This document shows positions 53,811 through 64,000 of a DNA stretch of 64,000 bases, one piece after another. This DNA comes from the human T2T-CHM13v2.0 reference genome, Homo sapiens: NCBI RefSeq assembly GCF_009914755.1, contig NC_060946.1. The stretch is one strand, 5' to 3'. The notes below the pieces were generated by a model, which saw only the letters and a program-made list of their open reading frames with translations, did not search any database and was not told the origin of the DNA. How positions within the stretch are numbered: the stretch's first letter is position 1; every line of letters begins with the position of its first letter. Position numbers and translations under genes: made by a program.

Positions 53811-54264
53811 TTTTCTTTTTATTCTACTTTAAGTTCTAGGGTACATGTGCACAACGTGCAGGTTCATTACATATGTATACATGTGACATGTTGGTGTGTT
53901 GCACCCATTAACTCGTCATTTACATTAGGTATATCCCCTAATGCTTTTCCTCCCCTAGCCCGTCACCCCACAACAGGTCCCGGTGTGTGATGTTCCCCTT
54001 TCTGTGTCCATGTGTACTCATTGTTTAATTCCCACCTATGAGTGAGAACATGTGGTGTTTGTTTTTTTGTCCTTGTGATAGTTTGCTGAGAATGATGGTT
54101 TCCAGCTTCATCCTTGTCCCTACAAAGGACATGAACTCATCATTTTTATGGCTGCATAGTATTCCATGGTGTATATGTGCCACATTTTCTTAATCCAGTC
54201 TATCATTGTTGGACATTTGGGTTGGTTCCAAGTCTTTGCTATTGTCAGTAGTGCCTCAATAAAC
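53811..54264 (-). mobile_element. Short 5'-truncated L1PA 3' end (~450 bp)
   Basis: T-rich tail followed by tactttaagttctagggtacatgtgcacaacgtgcagg...ttgctattgtcagtagtgcctcaataaac. ccttctt occurs on both flanks (possible TSD). Confidence 0.93.
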
Positions 54265-55377
54265 TCCTTCTTTCTTTGCCTAGTTACACCTCAATGCAAC
54301 CTGCTGGCAGGCCAGCCTTAAGCCCAGCAGTCCAACCATGCATCTAAGCTGAGTTCTCATCAGAGCCAACTTCAATTATAAACAACTGAGATGATGCCAG
54401 AGGCCAGAATCCCTGAGAACCCAATTTGCTGTCATCACCACAGCTGAAACAAGGCGCTTGGCATCTAGAAAAGCTGATCTGTAGGAAATTTCCAATAGAG
54501 TTCAAGTTTTTCTAAGTTTAAAGTGTACAATATCATCAAGGTGAGACACTCAAGATAAAACTAGGCTTGTGTTTAAATATAATAAAAATATTTGAAGAAT
54601 AGTAAGAGTGGTGACTACTTTTACACAGGAATGTTTCAAATAAATTGTTTTTTTCTTGTGCCTTTTAAATTTTGTGATTTGTCAATGAGATGCTGACATG
54701 TTTTTAATGAAGCATGCCTTGTAAAATAATAAGTGAATGAAAACTACACAGTAATATTTACATCAACAAAGCTAGAAGAAGACTGTATGTCTCAAGAGGC
54801 TCCATCATCTACCCAGTGGCCACTTCACCAAATTAAGATCCAAATACCAAAAAGAAAAGTAATTAAAATTTGTGTTGTATGCCTTATAAGACCAAACCTA
54901 TAAAATGAGGGGAAACTTCACAATTACTTGTAATTTGCTCTGTGGAATTGTAACAGATGGATTATAAAGATGATTCCATGATAAACATGTAAATGTGGTT
55001 ACTACCTTCTGTGCTTTCTTGGTTCATATTTTTATTGTTTTTTTCTTTATAAACAGATAATTTATTCTTATCTATGGCAATGCAAACTTTTCAGATGTAT
55101 TGAATATGTCATAGTGTTTTTCTATTGTAGGCATCTCTAAAAAAGTTATAGAAAACAAACAGAGAAAAGTCTGGTGTTGGAAAGGAGAGAGAAATAAAGC
55201 TTGTAAAGGAATGAAGATTAGAGCTTTCTGGAGATAAAAATTCTTAGAAGATACAAAAGCTAGTTACTGAATTAGATGAAGGTTCTTTTTCAGTTTTTCC
55301 CAGTTGTTCACCTCTTAGAAGGCACATATTCACAGCAGAAAAGAAAAATGTGTTAAAAAGAAAATACCTCGGTGTAG

Positions 55378-55495
55378 TGAGACTGTAATTTCATGAGGGC
55401 ATTACTGAAGACTCACTTTTTCCAGCATCACTCAGCATGGTATTATGCATGTGTGTAATGTAAAGGAAAGTGAATACGCATTCTTGGATGGGTGA
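55378..55495 (+). mobile_element. Possible L2 3'-end remnant
   Basis: gagactgtaatttcatgagggca resembles the L2 3' motif tagactgtaagctccatgagggca; the rest is highly diverged. Confidence 0.35.
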
Positions 55496-55623
55496 TCAAA
55501 TCGTAATTCCAGAATATAATCAGAAGCTGATTCATTATCCTCTTGAGATTTCACAATCTTTTCATCAGGAATTAAAATTCAGAAGAGGGTAAATGTATCT
55601 AATCAGTTGAAAGTTAAAAATTA

Positions 55624-56637
55624 GAGGATGGAGGCAACATGGCCGAATAGGAACAGCTCCAGTCTACAGCTGCCAGCGTGAGTGATGCAGAAGACAGGTG
55701 ATATCTGCATTTCCAACTGAGGTACCAGGTTCATCTCACTGGGGAGTGCTGGACAGTGGGTGCAGCGCACCATGCATGAGCCAAAGCAGGGAAAGGCATC
55801 ACCTCACCTGGGAAGCAGAATGGGTCAGAGAATTCCCTTTCCTAGTCAAAGAAAGGGGTGACAGATGGCACCTGGAAAATCAGGTCACTCCCACCCTAAT
55901 ACTGCGCTTTTCCAACAGGCTTATCAAATGGCACACCAGGAGATTGTATCCAGCACCTGGCTTGGAGGATCCTACACCCACGGAGCCTCGCTGTTTGCTA
56001 GCACAGCAGTCTGAGATCAAACTGCAAGGTTACAGTGGGGCTGGGGGAGGGGCGCCCGCCATTGCTCAGGCTTGAGTAAGTAAACAAAGCAGCCAGGAAG
56101 TTCGAACTGGGTGGAGCCTAACACAGCTCAAGGAGGCCAGCCTGCCTCTGTAGGCTCCACCTCTGGGGGCAGGACACAGACAAACAAAAGACAGCAATAC
56201 CCTCTGCAGACTTAAATATCCCTGTCTGACAGCTTTGAAGAGAGTAGTGGTTCTCCCAGCATGCAGCTTGAGATCTGAGAACGGGCAGACAGCCTCCTCA
56301 AGTGGGTTCCTGACCCCTGAGTAGCCTAACTGGGAGGCACCCCCCAGTAGAGGCAGACTGACATCTCACATGCCCGGGTACCCCTCTGAGTCAAAACTTT
56401 CAGAGGAACGATCAGGCAGCAGCATTTGCAGTTCACCAATATCCACTGTTCTGCAGCCACCACTGCTGATACCCAGGCAAATAGTGTCTGGAGTAGACCT
56501 CCAGTAAACTCCAACAGACCTGCAGCTGAGGGCCCTGACTGTTAGAAGGAAAACTAACAAACAGAAAGGACATCCACACCAAAACCCCATCTGTATGTCA
56601 CCATCATCAAGGACCAAAGGAAGATAAAACCACAAAG
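55624..56637 (+). promoter_or_regulatory. L1 5' UTR internal promoter region (CpG-depleted; YY1-type site altered to caacatggccg)
   Basis: Position upstream of the ORF1 ATG at 56638 and homology to the L1PA 5' UTR. Promoter activity cannot be shown from sequence. Confidence 0.7.
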
Positions 56638-57651
56638 ATGGGAAAAAACAGAGTAGAAAACCTGGAAACTCTAAAAATCAGAGTGCCTCTCCTCCTGCAA
56701 AGGAATGCAGCTCCTCACCAGCAATGGAACAAAGCTGGACGGAGTATGACTTTGACGAGTTGAGAGAGAAAGGCTTCAGAAGATCAAAGTACTCCGAGCT
56801 AAAGGAGGAAGTTCGAACCAGTGGCAAAGAAGTTAAAAACTTTGAAAAAAAATTAGACGAATGGATAACTAGAATAACAAATGCAGAGAAGTCCTTAAAG
56901 GACCTGATGGAGCTGAAAACCATGGCACAAGAACTACATGACAAATGCATAAGCCTCAGTAACCGATGTGATCAACTGGAAGAAAGAGTATCAGCGATGG
57001 AAAACGAAATGAATGAAATAAAGCATGAAGAGAAGTTTAGAGGAAAAGGAATAGAAGAAATGAACAAAGCCTCCAAGAAATATGGGACTATGTGAAAAGA
57101 CCAAATGTATGTCTAATTGGTGTACCTGAAAGTGACGGGGAGAATGGAACCAAGTTGGAAAACACTCTGCAGGATATTATCCAGGAGAACTTCCCCAATC
57201 TAGTAAGGCAGGCCAACATACAAATTCAGGAAATACAGAGAATGCCACAAAGATACTCCTCGAGAAGAACAACTCCAAGACACATAATTGTCAGATTCAC
57301 CAAAGTTGAAATGAATGAAAAAATTTTAAAGGCTGCCAAGAGAAAGGTCAGGTTACCCACAAAAGGAAGCCCATCAGACAATCTGCTGATCTCTCCTCAG
57401 AAACTCTACAAGCCAGAAGAGAGTGGGGGCCAATATTCAACATTCTTAAAGAAAAGAATTTTCAACCCAGAATTTCATATTCAGCTAAACTAGGCTTCAT
57501 AAGTGAAGGAGAAATAATATACTCCACAGACAAGCAAATGCTGAGAGATTTTGTCACCACCAGGCCTGCCCTAAAAGAGCTCCTGAAGGAAGCACTAAAC
57601 ATGGAAAGGAACAACTGGTACCAGCCACTGCAAAAACATGCCAAATTGTAA
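56638..57651 (+). pseudogene. L1 ORF1p, frameshifted
   Basis: Split into pieces: MEQSWTEYDFDELREKGFRRS... (56724) and KRPNVCLIGVPESDGENGTKLENTLQDIIQENFPNL (57092). Native stop TAA at 57649-57651. Confidence 0.93.
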
Positions 57652-57714
57652 AGACCATCAAGGCTAGGAAGAAACTGCATCAACTAACGAGGAAAATAAC
57701 CAGCTAACATCATA

Positions 57715-61536
<3,822 letters not shown>

Positions 61537-62469
61537 ACAATGAGAAAACATGGATGCAGGAAGGGGAACATCACACACTGGGGACAGTTGTGGGGTGGGG
61601 GAAGGGGGGAAGGATAGCATTAGGAGATATACCTAATGTTAAATGACGAGTTAATGGGTACAGCACACCAACATGGCCCATGTATACATATCTAACAAAC
61701 CTGCACGTTGTGCACATGTACCCTAAAACTTAAAATATAATAATAAAAAAAATTAACAGGAGACTTTTATACAGATAAATTTGCTTTGCATCATGATCAG
61801 CACTAAAGAGCATCATAGATTTAAACCATATTTTCACAGTTAAAACAATGTAACCAAATATGCAATATATTATGTAACATTCTACAAGATGTTTTCAAAC
61901 ATGCAAACTGACCTTTAAAACAATTTTGCATAAAATAACATTTCTAGGTAAGAGAAAATACAGACATGTGGTTAGGGCAAAATATTTCTGTTCAAATTAC
62001 AAAATACTGAATGACAAATCACAGGATAGAAAAGAATTATATTGTACCTGGAATTTGAAGTCTTCAAATTTATTTAGGTATATGTATCTATATGTATTAA
62101 TAGAGACATATTTAACTGATTATAAGTTTAGAACATTTATATTTTAAAGATGTCATTCTTTAAAAATTATTAATATCTACAGGATTGATACAGATATTTT
62201 AATTTTAAACAAATATTTTTCACTAATGTGACCAGCATTTATGTCCTATTTCATTAAACAGACATTTCAAGATTTTTTAGAGTTAATTTTTAAAAATTAA
62301 GTATCACAAATATTTCTGAAGTACTACCTTAAAAAATAAAACTCTTTCCTAGCTTTTCATATAGTTAAACATTTTCATAATGACTAAAAAGATAAAAATA
62401 AATTAGCAACCATAATTAAATTAGAATTCTACTTTTTATATCAGATGAAATACTACATAAAATGTCCAG

Positions 62470-62800
62470 AAAATCTAGTGTTAATGAGGCTGTGCAGCCT
62501 GGACATTTGATGTCTCATCTGTGGGAATGTGAACTAACCCAACCATTCTGAATAATTATTGACTCTGTGTGTTAACAGTCTAGAGTCCTGAAACAAGGAT
62601 CTTAATTCTAAAATAAAATCCTATTCTAAGAATATACCAAGGGTTGATAATCAAGGAAGTTTCAAAGTTATAGAGAAGAACCTTCATCCTAGCATTATAT
62701 ATGTAATCATCCATATAAACCACATAGTGTTGAATGAAATTACAGAAAAACAAAGAGCCTACAGAATATGTTTCTCTTTGTGTACAACAGTAAATGTACA
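62470..62800 (+). mobile_element. Probable ancient L1M (L1MC/ME-like) 3' fragment
   Basis: ctgtgggaatgtgaactaacccaaccattctg...aatcctattctaagaatatacc...ttcatcctagcattat parallels the L1 ORF2 3' end. Confidence 0.45.
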
Positions 62801-62899
62801 CATCTATCCATGTAAAATTTTACATCTCAGGAAGATAGGTACCAACATGTTAACATGCTATATCTATAAGATAAGAAATTTTACTTTCCTACAATTTCA

Positions 62900-63018
62900 T
62901 ACACACACACACACACACACTCTCAAACATACATACCCACACACCGAGGATATATACACACACAAATATATATATAAACATACATGTTTATATAGGTACA
63001 CACACACATACATATACA
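62900..63018 (+). repeat. (CA)n/(TA)n low-complexity tract
   Basis: (AC)10 at 62901-62920 followed by degenerate CA/TA repeats. Confidence 0.85.
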
Positions 63019-63362
63019 CAGATGGTCAACAAATTATAATGGTTCAATTTATGATTTATTTACTTTATGATGAAGCAAAAGTGATAGCTTTGAATAGAAT
63101 ATAACCATTCTGCTTTTCACTTTCAGTACAATATTCAACAAATTACATAAAATATCCAAAACTTTATTATAAAGTGGGTTTTGTATTCAATGATTTTGCC
63201 CAATTGTCAGGTGATGTAAGTGTTCTGAGCACATTAAAGGTATGCCAGGCTAAGCTGTGATATTCAGTAAGTTAGGTATTAAATACATTTTTAACTTACT
63301 GTATTTTCAATTTATAATCAGCTTATCAAGACTTAACCCCATTGTACATTGAAAAGCATTTG
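63019..63362 (-). mobile_element. MER47A-like TcMar-Tigger MITE
   Basis: Degenerate TIRs cagatggtc... / ...agcatttg followed by TA. Internal gatgtaagtgttctgagcac, aggctaagct and aaccccattgta blocks. Confidence 0.78.
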
Positions 63363-63465
63363 TATTGCATTAAACATGTTATATATATTTTTAATTGAAA
63401 TTACTGGCAACTTTTGAAAAAATGTAATGAAATAATGTGCTTTGCTATTGGTTAAAATGTTTTTG

Positions 63466-63786
<321 letters not shown>

Positions 63787-64000
63787 GTTTTCAGCTTCAA
63801 GTAACAGAATAGTCAACTAATTAAAGAAAAAAACAAGGAGCAACTTTTACCAAATCGCACAACAAATAGATGGTATCAATGCTTACTTAATTCAACATGA
63901 TCCACTTTGTGATTCTCTTATCTTTCTACCTATGTTTTCAAGATGGCTATGGCATTCCCAGCCTTACAACTTCATGTGACAAAATCCAATGGCAGGAAAT

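Overview
Primate, almost certainly human or great-ape, pericentromeric DNA spanning the edge of a satellite array. Bases 1-38,820 are a diverged human satellite III (HSat3)-like array of GGAAT/GGAGT pentamers. By manual count it is punctuated about 80 times by one co-amplified ~60-nt Alu 3'-end fragment, which occurs in two sequence types and in a repeating variant order (a higher-order structure). The array ends abruptly at a tailless internal L1 ORF2 fragment (38,819-39,162). The remaining 25 kb is AT-rich and dense in transposon fossils: a full-length but disabled L1PA4-like element, two truncated L1PA copies, four Alus, a MER34-type solo LTR containing a 146-bp insertion copied from upstream, and MER21, MER5A, MER47A, MIR and L2 remnants. 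I can support no host protein-coding gene, RNA gene or CRISPR array; the many 'MEWNG'/'HSIPF' ORFs are pentamer translation artefacts. I found no demonstrable new functional system. The most notable things are the Alu-punctuated higher-order satellite, its layered variant gradient, a near-identical 1,435-bp tandem duplication, and two apparent DNA-repair scars. Repeat subfamily calls come from recalled consensus sequences, not from a database search.
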